Source: the human T2T-CHM13v2.0 reference genome, Homo sapiens
Direction: 5' to 3' (one strand)
DNA length: 64,000 nucleotides
Assembly (NCBI RefSeq): GCF_009914755.1
Contig: NC_060928.1
The position numbers and the translations under genes were made by a program. The notes under the pieces were generated by a model. It ran no database searches. It saw only the letters and a program-made list of their open reading frames with translations, and was not told where the DNA came from. Below, in pieces: positions 11,794-26,399 of the stretch; positions within the stretch are counted from its first letter, which is position 1; the number at the start of each line of letters is the position of its first letter.

Positions 11794-12574
11794 TTAACAG
11801 AAGTTTGTTGCTGCAGAGGGGTTATAGCTGAGGAGTCATTTTTGTAGAAAGCTGTCTCTGGCCATGCTTCCCTCAGCCCCCATTCTGAGCTAGCCACCCT
11901 CTCAGTGCTCTGAGAATAGTGGGCATTTTTCTGTCTTTGTACTTATATTATTACACTCTATTATAACTGTTTATTTACCTGTCTATGTCTCACTTGTGTT
12001 TTATTGGTCTTGGGACCTAACACAGGGCTGTCCATGACAGAGCTCTGTAACTGTGTGTGGGGGACACGTAAATGAAAGAGGGAATGGTAGCACACAATTT
12101 ACCAAAGTTACAAAATCAGAAAGGGACTTGTGTGTGGCCAGTGCCAGGCAGTAGCCCCCGAGGAGAGCAGCACTGCACTGCCATCCTATAGAAACTGTTT
12201 GAATGCAATATAAGAAAATCATAGTGCGATATGATTTATATTTCAAAATGCTGTGTCTCTGGGTTTGGGGTATTCTATAAATTGACTTGGAGAGGTGCAG
12301 AGGTGGAAGAGAGGCGGAGGAGAACCAGCCTCTTAGATCCCCTCACCCCAACTGCACTCTGCTGTCTGTCAGGTGGGGAAGGGGCTCATATTTGTTGTAC
12401 ATCACAGCCAGGTGTCGGCTACTGGCCAACGCATTTTCCATATATTAACCAATGTGATATTCCCAACAACCCTAGGATGTATGGAAACCAGAGCTGGCCC
12501 AAATGTGCTTTTAACACACATGAATTAAACTATGCCTTCTGGTTTGTTAAATAAAAAAGAAAAAGAAAAAAGTG

Positions 12575-12627
12575 TGTATATATATATATATATATTTTTT
12601 TTAAGCCTTAAAACTATTTTTACTGTG

Positions 12628-12660
<33 letters not shown>
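12575..12660. repeat. Compound (TA)n and (TG)n microsatellites
   Basis: Directly visible, next to an L1 tail. Confidence 0.9.
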
Positions 12661-12665
<5 letters not shown>

Positions 12666-13137
12666 CTCTTTTTTTTTCTTTTATTTTAAGTTCTGGGATA
12701 CATGTGCAGAACGTGCAGGTTTGTTACACATGTGCCATGGTGGTTTGCTGCACCTATCAACCCATCATCTAGGTTTTAAGCACCGCATGCATTAGGTACT
12801 TGTCCTAATGTTCTCCTTCCCCTTGCCCCCCACCCGCCGACAGGCCGCGGTGTGTGATGTTCCCCTCCTTGTGTCCATGTGTTCTCATTGTTCAACTCCC
12901 ACCTATGAGTGAGAATGTGTGGTGTTTGGTTTTCTGTTCCTGTGTTAGTTTGCTGAGAATGATGGTTTCCAGCTTCATCCATGTCCCTACAAAGGACATG
13001 AACTCATTCTTTTTATGGCTGCATAGTATTCCATGGTGTATACGTGCCACATTTTCTTTATCCAGTCTATCATTGATGGGCATTTGGGTTGGTTCCAAGT
13101 CTTTGCTATTGTAAATAGTGCTGCAATAAACATATGT
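12661..13137 (-). mobile_element. L1PA (PA7/8-like) 3' end, 5'-truncated
   Basis: ttttaagttctgggatacatgtgcagaacgtgcaggtttg...; ORF2 C-terminus remnant EFMSFVGTWMKLETIILSKLTQEQKTKH. Confidence 0.92.
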
Positions 13138-13194
13138 TTATTTTTAATTCAATGGGTCCATCTACTTCATCCATACTCAAATAAACAATGGAGA

Positions 13195-13498
13195 GGCTGG
13201 AGGTGGTGGCTGTAATCCCAGCACTTTGGGAGGCCAAGGTGGGAGGATCACTTGAGCCCAAAAGTTTGAGACCAGACAGGGCAATACAGTGAGACCACAT
13301 CTCTAAAAATATTTTTTAATTAGCCAGGTGTGGTGGCAGGCTTGTTGTCCCAGCTACGTGTGGGGCCAAGGTGGGAGGATTGCTTGAGCCAGGGAGGTTG
13401 AGACTGCAGTGAGCTGTGATCATGCCACTTCACTCCAGCCTGGGTGACAAGAGTGAGACCCTGTCTCAAATAAATAAATAGCTAAATAAATAAATAAA
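13195..13498 (+). mobile_element. AluJ
   Basis: gaggatcacttgagccc diagnostics; (TAAA)n tail. Confidence 0.92.
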
Positions 13499-13600
13499 TG
13501 GTGGGATGAGGGCTATAGATTTTGGAGTTGCTAAGAGTCTATAGAGGAATGTGCCAAACTCTGTATACTAGATTTACTTTACCTCATGGTTGATAGAAAG

Positions 13601-14152
13601 TGCTATGGACTGAGTTTGTGTCCCCCGCCAAAATTTATACACTGAAACCCTAATCCCTAGTGTGATAGTATTTGGATGTGGGACTTGGGAGAGGTGATTT
13701 GGTCATGAGGGTGGGGCCCTCATAATGAGATTAGTGCCCTTATAACAAAAGACAGGAGAGAGGTTGCTTCCCCCCCACCCCACCCCCACTTTCTGCCATG
13801 TGAGGGCACAGCAAGAAGCTGTCCACTTGCAAACCAGAAAGACAGCTTTCACCAGCAACCAAATCAGCCTCACACCTTGATCTTGGACTTCCCAGCCTTC
13901 AGAACTGTATGGGATAAATTTCTGTTATTTAAGCGTTCTAGTCTATAGTGTTTGGTTGGTTGGTTTTGATACAGGGTCTCACTTTGTTGCTGAGGCTGGA
14001 GTGCAGTGGCACAATCAGAGCTCACTGCAGACCTCCTGGGCACAAGCAGTCCTCCCACCTCAGCCTCCTGAGTAGCTTGGACCACAGGCGCGCACCACCA
14101 CACCCAGCTAATAGTCTATGGTATTTTTGTTATAGCAGTTCAAGCTAAGGCA
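13601..14152 (+). mobile_element. MaLR LTR (MLT1A-like) interrupted by an Alu monomer
   Basis: tgctatggactga...ccttgatcttggacttcccagccttcagaactg...gtattttgttatagcag. Confidence 0.88.
13950..14111 (-). mobile_element. Alu right monomer (FRAM or truncated AluJ) nested in the MLT1A
   Basis: Single arm; TSD tagtctat(a/g)gt on both sides. Confidence 0.85.
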
Positions 14153-14914
14153 TAGGGATTTTAAGGTAATTACAGCTATAGGCCTGAGAAAGATGTAACT
14201 CCACCACGTTATTACTCCCGTTTTATTGATGAGAAAACAAAGGCTTAAAGAGTTTACATAACTTGCATTCAAATCAGGTCCAAAGCCTCTTTCTTACCTA
14301 CTACCACACAGTCTGAATTCCCATTTGTGGGGTGGTTGTTGTTGTAGGGGCCTCGTAGCTATTCTGTCTCTGCTAGTGCCATTTATTTAGCAAATATTTA
14401 TTAACAATTGACAAGTCCTGTGTAGGTGCGAGGGATACATACATGAAAAGAAACATTTTCCTCCCTAAAGGAGCTTAACAATCTGGTGGTGAGAAGGAAA
14501 TGTACATAATACAATAGGCTAGCAAGAGGGAAGTATAGTCAGTTCTTGATTGGGCAGAGTTTAAGGGAGACTAGGAAAAGGTTTGTCACAGTTAAAACGA
14601 AACTAGAAAAAACAGAATTTGAAAACAAAAAATTAACCTAAGCTTAGTGAGAATTACCCCCAATATTAACACTAAGGTTTCCCATCCTGTACATGTTATT
14701 TGAAAGTAAAAATAAGATACAATGTTGAGGAACACAAAGCATCACTTTCATTGTCTGATGAAAAATCGCCCTGAGGTATCTATCTGTTTAATGGTTTCTA
14801 TTGTCTGTTCCTTAGCTGTGCCCTCCCTTTCTAACATTGGAACAAAGCCTAGGCAACATCAGTTTGTCTCTGAACAAACTGCATTCTTCACTTTTACTCC
14901 AGTAGACAGTCGAG

Positions 14915-15105
14915 GTCAGCAGTTTTTCAGCCGTGTTGAGCCCTAAGAATTCCCTCCGAGGGGTTTCAGGGGCTGTTGTATGGGAAGGGGGAAGTGGGCT
15001 GGGTCTTGGCTCCTCTTCAACTTAGCTGCCTTCTTTTTCAAATTGGAGCAAGATATGCTTTGAATAAAGGGTTCCACAGCTAAAAAGAGTTTGAAAATAG
15101 TTCTG
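14915..15105. mobile_element. hAT MITE (MER103-like)
   Basis: cagcagtttttcag...aaagggttccacagctaaaaagagtttgaaaa. Confidence 0.45.
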
Positions 15106-15878
15106 TGAGTCATCTTGTTTTTGCTGGCAAACTATCTCTCCCTCCCTGGCCCAGCCCCCATTCTCCATCACACACGTACGATTGCTTCTTCCACTTCTCT
15201 TCTCAATGTCACCAAACTGTGGTTCACAGTGGCTCCAAAGCTTACTTATCCACTTGTGCACCGTCAGGTCCCTCAAATTTCTTGTCATTCCTCTGAGCTG
15301 GAAAGGTTTAAGGATGGCCCAACTACACGTGTGAGGAGATGGAAAAAACAATTTACTATAACTGCAGAGGGTGGATCAAGGGGGGATGATACAGGAGAGG
15401 GCTCGCCCTGTTCAGAAGAAACACTAGGATCATCTGTCTGGTGCAGTGGTGGGGTAGAGTTTGAGAGGTCCTAGAACCATGCAAAGGTAGGTGGTTACTA
15501 AGAAGGGTGTGTCCTGATATAGGGTTTTTATCTTACTGAGTGGGATATGCAAGTTTAAGACTATGGAGAAAAGAGAACTACCAGTGACCTAGGCTCTTCC
15601 ATTATCCTTAGTTTCTCCATTGTATTAATGCCAAAGTGGTGTCAGGTCCACCAAATGGTTAACCTACCCAGGACATCCACATATTTTGGTCCGGTCAGGC
15701 TTCTGATTACCCACTGGCTTTTGATGCCAGAAAATAATCTAGTGTGAAATATAACAATTTTAGAATTAGAGTATTATTAGTTCCCATGAGATTCAAAACA
15801 AAGATCTCAGCTTTGGGCTGAATGTTCTTCATTTCTCCTGCATCCTTTCCTATTAATTATTTTTAAAGAAAATCTTCA

Positions 15879-16067
15879 GGCCTAGCATGGCAGCTCACGT
15901 CTGTAGTCCCAGCTACGTGGGAGGCTGAGGAGGGAGGATAGCTTGAGCCCAGGAGTTCAAGGTTTCAGCAAGCTGTGATCTTGCCCCAGTGTACTTCAGC
16001 CTGGATAACAGAGTGAGCTTCTGTCTTTAATTAAAAAAAAAAAAAGAAAAAAAAAGAAAGAAAGAAA
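15879..16067 (+). mobile_element. Alu monomer (FRAM/FAM-like)
   Basis: Single arm with A-rich tail; probable TSD aatcttca recurs at ~16403-16410, after the next Alu. Confidence 0.85.
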
Positions 16068-16069
16068 CT

Positions 16070-16395
<326 letters not shown>

Positions 16396-16829
16396 AACAA
16401 CGAATCTTCATCATAGAAGAAGTAAAAAGTCGATAATACCTCAGCTACCATTAAGGAACAGACCTGGCCCAGGGATGAAGTAATAGCTGGCCAGGGCAGT
16501 GAAAGTTCATTGAACCAACGCTGTTCGCCATCCATTGGATGAGTAACAAACAGATGTTGCAAAAAGGCAAGAAGACAAGTCTGATTGGCAAGGGGCAGGA
16601 ATCTTCTCCAACTTAATGGAGAAGCAGTGTAACATATGTTGGTTAAAATGAAGTTCCAAACCATGAACACCTTCTTACAGGTAGATGTTATAGATTTGTA
16701 ATCATTAAAAACTTCCCCACAGAAGCACTAGTGTTTAACTACGTTAATCCATCCTCAGTATTGATGGTTTTGGCTTCACGATAAGCATGCCTGTATCTTC
16801 TGGTAACAGAACACATTTATATTTTTTCA

Positions 16830-17250
16830 AAACCATCCTACCTACCTTCTCAGCCCATGAAATTTGCAGAAGGCTAGGGAAGGTGAACATTCCCTGGTCC
16901 CAGGGGCATGTTGCTCACCCAGGCCATGTCTGTCTTTACCATAGTGATTGATTCAAAGACAGTGACTCAGGCTGGTCCAATTAAAGCTCCCTCTGGGAAT
17001 TTTGTTGGAATTACCAAAAAAAAAAAAGGACATTTCCTCCTCTAGGAATCCAGAAGTTAAGGATCATAGAAGCTTAAAGTTGCCAGCTTTGATATAACAG
17101 GAAAAAGTCTGCTTGAAAATAAAGCCAACCCACTAGAAAACAGAACCAAGAAATGGAGATAGTCCTCTTGGCACAGTTTCTGCCCTGGATCCAGCTGAGC
17201 CTAAAGCCAGGTGCCATAGAATTTTCATTATATAAGCCAATAATTCTCCA
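16830..17250 (+). mobile_element. Old MaLR LTR (MLT1K/L-like)
   Basis: aaagccaacccac...gaaatggagatag...cctggatccagctgagcctaaagccag...taagccaataattc. Confidence 0.6.
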
Positions 17251-17290
17251 TTTTTCTACATTTTCCTTATTTCCTTCCTTCTATTCTTCT

Positions 17291-17592
17291 TCTTTTTTTT
17301 GTTTGTTTCGAGACAAAGTCTTGCTCTGTCACCCAGGCTGGAGTGAAGTGGCGCAATCTCAGTTCACTGCAAACTTTGCCTCCAGGGTTCAAGCTATTCT
17401 CCTGCCTCCTCAGGGCTCCCGAGTAGCTACGATTACAGGCGCTGCCACTATGTCCGGCTGATTTTTGTATTTTTAGTAGAGATGGGGTTTCACCATGTTA
17501 GCCAGGATGGTCTCAAACTCCTGACCTCATGATCCACCCACCTTGGCCTCCCAAAGTGCTGGGATTACAGGCATGAGCCACCGCGCCTGGCC
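17291..17592 (-). mobile_element. AluS (Sc/Sg-like)
   Basis: Full dimer; TSD-like ctt(c/g)cttctattctt on both sides. Confidence 0.93.
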
Positions 17593-17602
17593 CTTGCTTC
17601 TA

Positions 17603-17609
<7 letters not shown>

Positions 17610-17653
<44 letters not shown>

Positions 17654-17679
17654 CGCACGCGTGCATGTGCACACACACA
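17610..17679. repeat. (TG)n(CG)n(CA)n microsatellite
   Basis: About 70 bp of continuous purine-pyrimidine alternation. Confidence 0.95.
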
Positions 17680-17701
17680 GTGTGATTGAGATAGCCATCA
17701 T

Positions 17702-17892
17702 TTAGGGGTTGGTTAAATAAATTGTATTATATCCAAATAATGAACTATATTAGGGATTGTTTAAATAAATTGTATTATATCCAAATAATGAAATATGTTC
17801 GGGATTGGCTAAATAAATTGTATTATATCCAAATAATATAATATATTAGAGATTGGCTAAATGAATTGTATTGTATCCAAATAATGAAATAC
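17702..17892 (+). repeat. Minisatellite, 48-bp unit x4
   Basis: aaat(a/g)aattgtatt recurs at 17715, 17763, 17811 and 17859. Confidence 0.95.
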
Positions 17893-18114
17893 ATGCAACA
17901 ATTTAAAAGACACACATAAGGCTGCACACGAATCATTGTATTACTTGTCATAGTAAAACTAGTGAAAATAACTGAGTGTCATTATTGGAAGCCTGGATAA
18001 ATAAAATGTATTGTATATAAACATTTAAATAAGCAACTGTTAAGACATATTCAGTTATATTGATTGACATCAAAAGATCTCCATTGCATATTGTTAATAT
18101 TAAAAAGCAAGTTA

Positions 18115-19119
<1,005 letters not shown>

Positions 19120-19344
19120 ATAAATACTTTTTTTAAACAAAAAATTAAAAGCAGGTTAGAAAACAAGTTACAAAAATACTTTCATTTTATGAAATCATGT
19201 AACTTTGTGTGTATGAATCTAATAAACTTCAGAAAGCTAGTTAAACATCACCACTCTGGGATTTTTACTACCTTATTCTTTTCTGTATTGCTTTAATTGT
19301 ATACGTATATGTAATAAAGAGAGAAACTGAACATTTTCTGTTCT

Positions 19345-19644
19345 TTATTTATTTATTTTTTTTTTAGATGGAGTCTCCCTCTGTCACCCAGGCTGGAGTG
19401 CAGTGACGCGATCTCAGCTCACTACAACCTCTGCCTCCCAGGTTCAAGCAATTCTCTGCCTCAACCTCCTGAGTAGCTGGGATTACGGGTGCCTGCCACC
19501 ATGCCCAGCTAATGTTTTGTATTTTTAGTAGAGGTGGCGTTTCACCATCTTGGCCAGGCTGGTCTTGAACTCCTGACCTCATGATCCACCTGTCTCAGCC
19601 TCCCAAAGTGCTGAGATTACAGGCGTGAGCCACTGTGCCAGGCC
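19345..19644 (-). mobile_element. AluS (Sg-like)
   Basis: Full dimer with (TTTA)n tail. Confidence 0.93.
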
Positions 19645-20189
19645 AATTTTCTCTTTTTTAGGAAGAAAGAAAAAGAGAGAGAAAGGAAGAAAGGAAGGGA
19701 GGGAGACTTTACAGAGTTTCGAAAGAATGGCCATGTCTGTAGTCTGAAATTTGCCTAAATTATTTAGGAAAAGATTCAAGGAGGGTGTGGTGCCATCTCA
19801 TGAATCTTAAATAGGTATTTTGCAGGGGGCACAGATGAGAAGAGGGCATCCAGAAAGAGGAAATAACAAAAGTGAAGATTCAGAAAAGTGAGAAGTCACA
19901 ATGTCTTAAGGAATAAGTTATGTGATATAGCTAAATAAGTGTCATTAAATTAACAATTTAATCTTAAGAACTAAAGCAGAGTCAGTTAAAGTCAATGTTA
20001 ACATAAGGAATTTCACATCAGGATTAGATACGGAATGTCCAAGGGAAAAGAAAAATACCGTATCTCCAGGACACTGATCTCTACACCCAATTGCTTAGCC
20101 ACAAGTCTCCTTTGAGGTCTAATAAATGGAACCAAATTAACATGACCAAAGCAAAACTTTCAATTTCCTCTCCAAAATTGTTCCTTTTC

Positions 20190-20686
20190 TGTGATGCTTA
20201 ATTTTATGCGTCGATGTGACTGGGCCACGGAGGGCCCAGATATTTGGTCAAACATTATGGGTGTTTCTGTGAGGGTGTCTTTGGATGAGATGAACATTTT
20301 AATTCACAGAATGAGTAAAGCTGGTTGCCCTCCCCAGTATGAGTGAGCCTCATCCAGTCAGTTGACAGCCTGATAAGAACAGAAAGGCTGACCCTCTTCT
20401 GAGTAAGAGGGAATTCCTCCTGCCTGACTGCCTTCAAACTGGGACACCAGTTTTTTTCCTGCCTTGGGCTTGAGCTGAAACATTGGCTCTCCCTGGGTCT
20501 TAAGGCCGCCAGCCTTAGGATTGAGACTATGCCACTGGCTGTCCTGGGTCTCCAGCTTGCCAACTCACCCTGCAGATCTTGGGATTTACAGACTCCATAA
20601 TCACTCAACCAAGTCCTTATCATAAATTCTCTGTCTCTCTCTTCATTTGATTTGTTCTATTTTTCTGGAGAACCCTGACTAACACA
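20190..20686 (+). mobile_element. ERVL LTR MLT2 (B/C-like), inserted in L2
   Basis: tgtgatgcttaattttatg...cccagatatttggtcaaacatt...ggagaaccctgactaacaca; TG...CA ends. Confidence 0.88.
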
Positions 20687-21151
20687 TCCTTTTTCTCCAG
20701 TGACAACACTAGACTACAAGCCTTGGTACGAAACCCTGGGGTCACCTTTACTCTTCCTTCTCTCATGTGTAAGATCCAGTCAAAAGCAAATCATGTCAGC
20801 TTTACCTTTAAAATGTTTCCAGAATCTGACCACCACTTATCTTGTCTTCTGCTACCGCCATGGCCTAAACTTACGCCATCTCTCACGTGGACCAATGCAA
20901 TGTGTCCTGACTGGTCTCCCTGATACTACCCCTGCCCCTATACAGTCAATTTTCAGCACAGCAGCCTCAGTGACTCTTCTCATACATATCAGATCATGTC
21001 CGTCCTCTGCTCAAAGCTTACTAATGGTTCCCATCTCATTCAGGGTAAAATCCAAAGTCCTTACTGTGGTGTACAAGTTCCTTCAGGATCTGGCTGTCCC
21101 TTCTCCCTCCTTTGCTCCATCTCCTATAATTCCTCCTTCACTCTTCCTTAA

Positions 21152-21490
<339 letters not shown>

Positions 21491-21864
21491 TAAAAAATTT
21501 TTAATATGCCCGGAACTCCCTTTGAAATGCTCTGTTCCCAGATGTCTGCAGGGCCCATGCCTCATTTCCTTCAGATGTGGTCCTCAGAGACCTTCTTGGC
21601 CAACATCTCCCTACATTCCCTTACCCTTCTTTGAGCCCCTTTTCACCACCAGTCATAAGTGCATCTTATTTTATTTATCTTCCAACTCTCTTTCTAGAAC
21701 CTGAGCCCATGAAAGCAGACAATTGCATTGTTTCTCAATTTCCTACACATGGAGCAGAGGCTGGTGTAAGGGCTGGGGGCTGGGTAGGGGCACTTCATAC
21801 CTGCTTGCTGATGAATGAATTAAGTTTTTCTTTATACACTGAAGGAAGCAAAATCCTTTTGATG

Positions 21865-22090
21865 TAATAATAGTTAACATTTACTGATCATGTCCTATTT
21901 ATTGGGCACAATGCCCAGCTTGTACTTAACTTATCTCATTTGGTTCCCACAACAACCTAGGGGGCACACAACACTTTCTGAATGAGGAAACTGAGGCAGA
22001 GATAATTTTACTAACGTCCCACAGGTGACAAGAGTTGGAGCCTAGCTTCCAGCTCAGGCTGACTCCAGGCACCATGCATAACTGCTAGGT
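21865..22090 (-). mobile_element. MIR
   Basis: Core atgaggaaactgaggcagag. Confidence 0.8.
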
Positions 22091-22569
22091 CTCCCAATTA
22101 GAATGCATTTCTCACATATTTATTAAGAGACACTAAATAAGTGGCAAGAATTGAAAAGACTTATGCCCTAAATTTACTTCTCAGTGATAAAAATATTTCC
22201 TACTATCAAGTATCTCTACCAGTGTTATGACTAAACAGCACAGCAGAGAGTAAACAGACAGTGGAAAGCTTGGTGGACTCTTCTGCAGTTCACATTTTGA
22301 CCTTCGAAACAATTTAGTTGAGAACAACAAGGTAACAGCAAAGACTTATTTGAAATGACTTCGTGGGTTACGCATATGTTATAAATTTGGTAGGAGCTTT
22401 ATAAGCCCATTTGAAGATGCAGTCCGTCCTTTTTACCTTTGTAAATTTATTCATTTAGGTATCCAACAAATACTTACTATATACTCACAGGTGTCACGCA
22501 CAATTTTGGGCATTGGAGATATAGAAATTTCCTGTCTCTCTACCTGTAATGAAATGGGGCTTATATATC

Positions 22570-22790
22570 ATAGTGATTTGGATCTAGACTCTGCAGTCAG
22601 TAACTAGGGTTCAAATCCCCAGCCCTGTTAATACAAACTGCCTGACCTCAGGTAAGTTATATAACTTCCGTAAATCTTAGTTTCTTTGTTTATAACATGG
22701 AGGCAATATTGATTATAAGATCTACCACACCGGTTTATTTGGAGGATTATGTGAGCTTGCCTGATACACGAACAAATAGTAAGAATTCAG
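22570..22790 (+). mobile_element. MIR
   Basis: gggttcaaatcccc...tgacctcaggtaagttatataac...tagtttc. Confidence 0.8.
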
Positions 22791-24652
22791 AAATAAACTA
22801 CCTGTGAGGATGAGGCCAGACTTATAAAATCTTTGTGATACTGAATGTGGTTTTGTGTATATGATGAACTTAGAGCTTTGTAGATTTCTTTTCCTCCAAA
22901 TGTCAAGAGCTTGTTAAAATTTTAGTGTTTTAAAAAAATGCAAGTTTAGTTAACATTTTCAGCCAGCATGCTAAACCTTGTGATGAAGTCATAGGGTCTT
23001 ATACTCACGATTTGATAACATAATAGAACTATTAAAAGAAGTCTGATTCATTAATTTGTTGATTCTTCCTTCTGGGGCTATCTGGGAAAGCTGTCCGTTT
23101 GCAGACAGCTCCTTTGGCTATCTTTCTCTGCCTTTCAAACCCTCAAAACATAGTTTTTAAGTGCTTCATAATGAGTCCATGAGATTGTTGATTTTGTTTA
23201 TAACATGTCAGAAGTAACCATTTTTATACTACTAATAGACTCATTATAAAATACAGGGATATCTCAGGTGGTTTCTCAATGGACTTTATATTCCTGTTTA
23301 TTCACAGGCCCTTCTGCTTTCATGAACATTAGGCCAGGAGTTAGGAGACATAAATTCTAAAATCCTAGGCCTGATACTAATTAATTGTTTGATCTTGACT
23401 TTACTGGTGCTTTGTTATCTTGACTATGTATATCAGAAGGTTAATAGCTATATCATCTTTCAGCTCCAGAATTCTCTTATTCCTCATAAATAAAGCTAAT
23501 CAACAAGAAAGTTATTCCACTTCGTGTATTAAAGTGAATTTGGGTATACAGGGACCTATCAAGGAAAAGATAAGAAAAGGGACTCTCATGTTTTGAGTTG
23601 GAAACACTGCTACAGGCCTCTACAACAAAATAGTAACAAGGATTAAAGTAATAACATACATACATCCTTTAAAAGTATAAGGATATGTGATACATTCATC
23701 TCCTTGAAAAATGTTTGAATAACTTTGGGTATTAAATACTATTGAAAATGCAGATGCTACTATATCTTATACCATTTACAACAAGATGAAAACTGAGGGC
23801 TTCCTTGTTGTTGTTCAGTGACTCTAACCAACCTCACAGCAGTTAAAAATCAATATCAGATTTGAGATTCAGTCCAGACCAACACTTCAGAGGAGGCTGG
23901 TCTTCAGATGAGGACTTGTCTTCTGGCACATAACTTTCTGAGGACTTGGGATTCTTTGAGATAAAAAGGATACTTTGAGTCTGAACTCCTGATGAAACAG
24001 AATTAATCCAGGACAACCGGCTATATTTTTTCAGATTGAAAGGGACCATTGAGTAAGTGCTTTGGTGTCAACCTCCTTTTGATAAAGAAAATACGTCCTA
24101 ACATTTTGTTCTGCCCCGGCAACTTGGGCTCCCTTGCATAGAAGAATGAGTCTGAGGTGCTTTCTAACGGGAAGTTGAAGACAGGTTGTCAGAACTGTGG
24201 CAAGACCAGTAGTATTCTGAATCCAGGAGGCTCCCAATTACTGTCCTCTATGAGCCATGCGAATTAACCCGGGCCCATTGCATTGCCTGAGAAGAAATAA
24301 GGAATAAGTAAAATAAGTCACTATATTTTTGCATGGCTGCAACCTTTCATTTTGATATTCTGTGGAATGTGAGAACAGTCTGAATATGTTTGGTGCACAT
24401 AGTTGATTCCCTGAGTGTAATGAAATAGGGAGCTAAACAAGATGAGATATTTTAAGAATCCTCATCACCACGAAGGAGTGATTTTTACAGAAAATAGGCA
24501 CTCAATTTCTGAATATTGTAACTACGTAAAATAGAATGAGTGAGTTTAAAGCATTACTCTCTTGAAAATTTAGTTAGTCAAAGTCCTAAATTTTCTTTAC
24601 CTCAATATAGAAATATATATTTACACAACTGAGTAGTTATTTATAGAAATCA

Positions 24653-24919
<267 letters not shown>

Positions 24920-25271
24920 TTAGTCATTCTAATGGATGTGTAGCAATGGCTAATGAGGTTGCACATCTTTTTATGTGCTTATTTCCCATTTGTCTGCCCT
25001 CTTTGGTGAAGTATCTGTTCATGTCTTTTGCTCACTTTCTTATCTGATTGTTTGTAAATTACTGTTGTGCTCTGAGAATTCTTTATGTATTTTAGGTACA
25101 AGTCATTTGTCAGATATGTGTTTTGCAAATATCTTCTCCCAATTTATAATTTGTCTTTTCATCCTCGTAAGAGAATCTTTCCCAGAGCAAAGGTTTTTAA
25201 TGTTGATGAAGTCTAATTTATTCGTTTTTCTTTTTATGGATTGCACTTTTGGCATCAAGTTTAAGAACTTT

Positions 25272-25403
25272 GGTAGGGCATGGTGGCTCACACCTTTAAT
25301 CCTAGTACTTTGGGAAGCTGAGGTGGGAAGAGGGGTTGAAGTCAGTTCAACACCAGTCTGGGCAACAAGTGAGACCCTGTCGCTACAAAAAAAGAAAAAA
25401 AAG
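25272..25403 (+). mobile_element. FLAM (Alu left monomer)
   Basis: TSD ttaag(a/g)acttt at 25261-25271 and 25407-25417. Confidence 0.85.
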
Positions 25404-25420
25404 ATTTTAAGGACTTTGCC

Positions 25421-25712
25421 AGCCGGGCGCCGTGGCTCACGCCTGTAATCCCAGCACTTTGGGAGGCCAAGGCAGGCAGATCACGAGGCCAAGAGATCAA
25501 GACCATCCTGGCCAACATGGTGAAACCCTGTCTCTACTAAAAATACAAAAAAAATTAGCTGGACGTGATGGTGCATGCCTGTAGACCCAGCTACTCAGGA
25601 GGCTGAGGCAGGAGAATCACTTGAACCCAGGAGGCAGAGGTTGCAGTGAGATCACGCCACTGCACTCCAGCCTGGCAACAGAGCGAGACTCCATCTCAAA
25701 AAAAAAAAAAAA
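25421..25712 (+). mobile_element. AluSc
   Basis: tcacgaggccaagagatcaagaccatcctggccaacatgg; TSD core actttgcc. Confidence 0.93.
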
Positions 25713-26399
25713 GAAACTTTGCCTAGGTCTAAATTCCAATGATATTCTCAAAGTTTTATAGTTTTACATTTTACATTTAAGTCTGTGATACATTTTGGGT
25801 TAATTTTTGTGTAAGATGTGTGAGCTTTAGGTCGAGGCTTTATTTATTTATTTATTGGCCTATGGATATCGAATTAGTTCAGTCTATTTTTTGGAAAAGC
25901 TATCCTTCATTCGCTGAATTGTTTTTGTACCTTTGTCAAAAATCAGTTGAGTATTTTTGTGTGGATCCATTTCTGGGTTCCCTATTCTGTTCCATTGATT
26001 AATGCGTCTATTCCTCCACTAATACTCCACAGTCTTGATTACTGCAGCTATATAAGTCTTGAAATCAAGTAGACTGTTTCCTCCCAATTCATTCTTTTTC
26101 AAAATTTTTAGCTACTCAAGTTCGTTTGCCTTTCATACACGTTTTAGAATAATCTTAACTATATCTACAAAAAAATCTTACTGATATTTTCATAGGAATT
26201 GCACTAAGCCTGTATATCAATTTGGAAGAATTCACATCTTTATTATGTTGAGCCTTCTAATCTATGAGCCCCTGATGTCTCTCCATTTATTCAGATCATG
26301 TTTAGTTTTCATTGGATCCTTGTAATTTTTACCATACTGCTTCTGTACACATTTTGTTAGATTTATACATTGAGATTTATAGATTTGCAGCCTCTCCAG

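Larger units (their letters stand above)
24920..26380 (-). mobile_element. L1M (MB/MC-like) ORF2 3' region, interrupted by two Alus
   Basis: Remnant KLDFINIKNLCSGKDSLTRMKRQIINWEKIFAKHISDK. Confidence 0.88.

Noticed and set aside
17702-17892. Regularly spaced repeats resembling a CRISPR array
   Set aside because: Head-to-tail units with no unique spacers, no cas genes and a mammalian context; it is a minisatellite.
23843-24058. 68-aa ORF in unique sequence and a tttcag...gtaagt micro-exon-like pattern near 24033-24058
   Set aside because: No recognisable homology, non-ATG start, and isolated splice-like motifs are common by chance.
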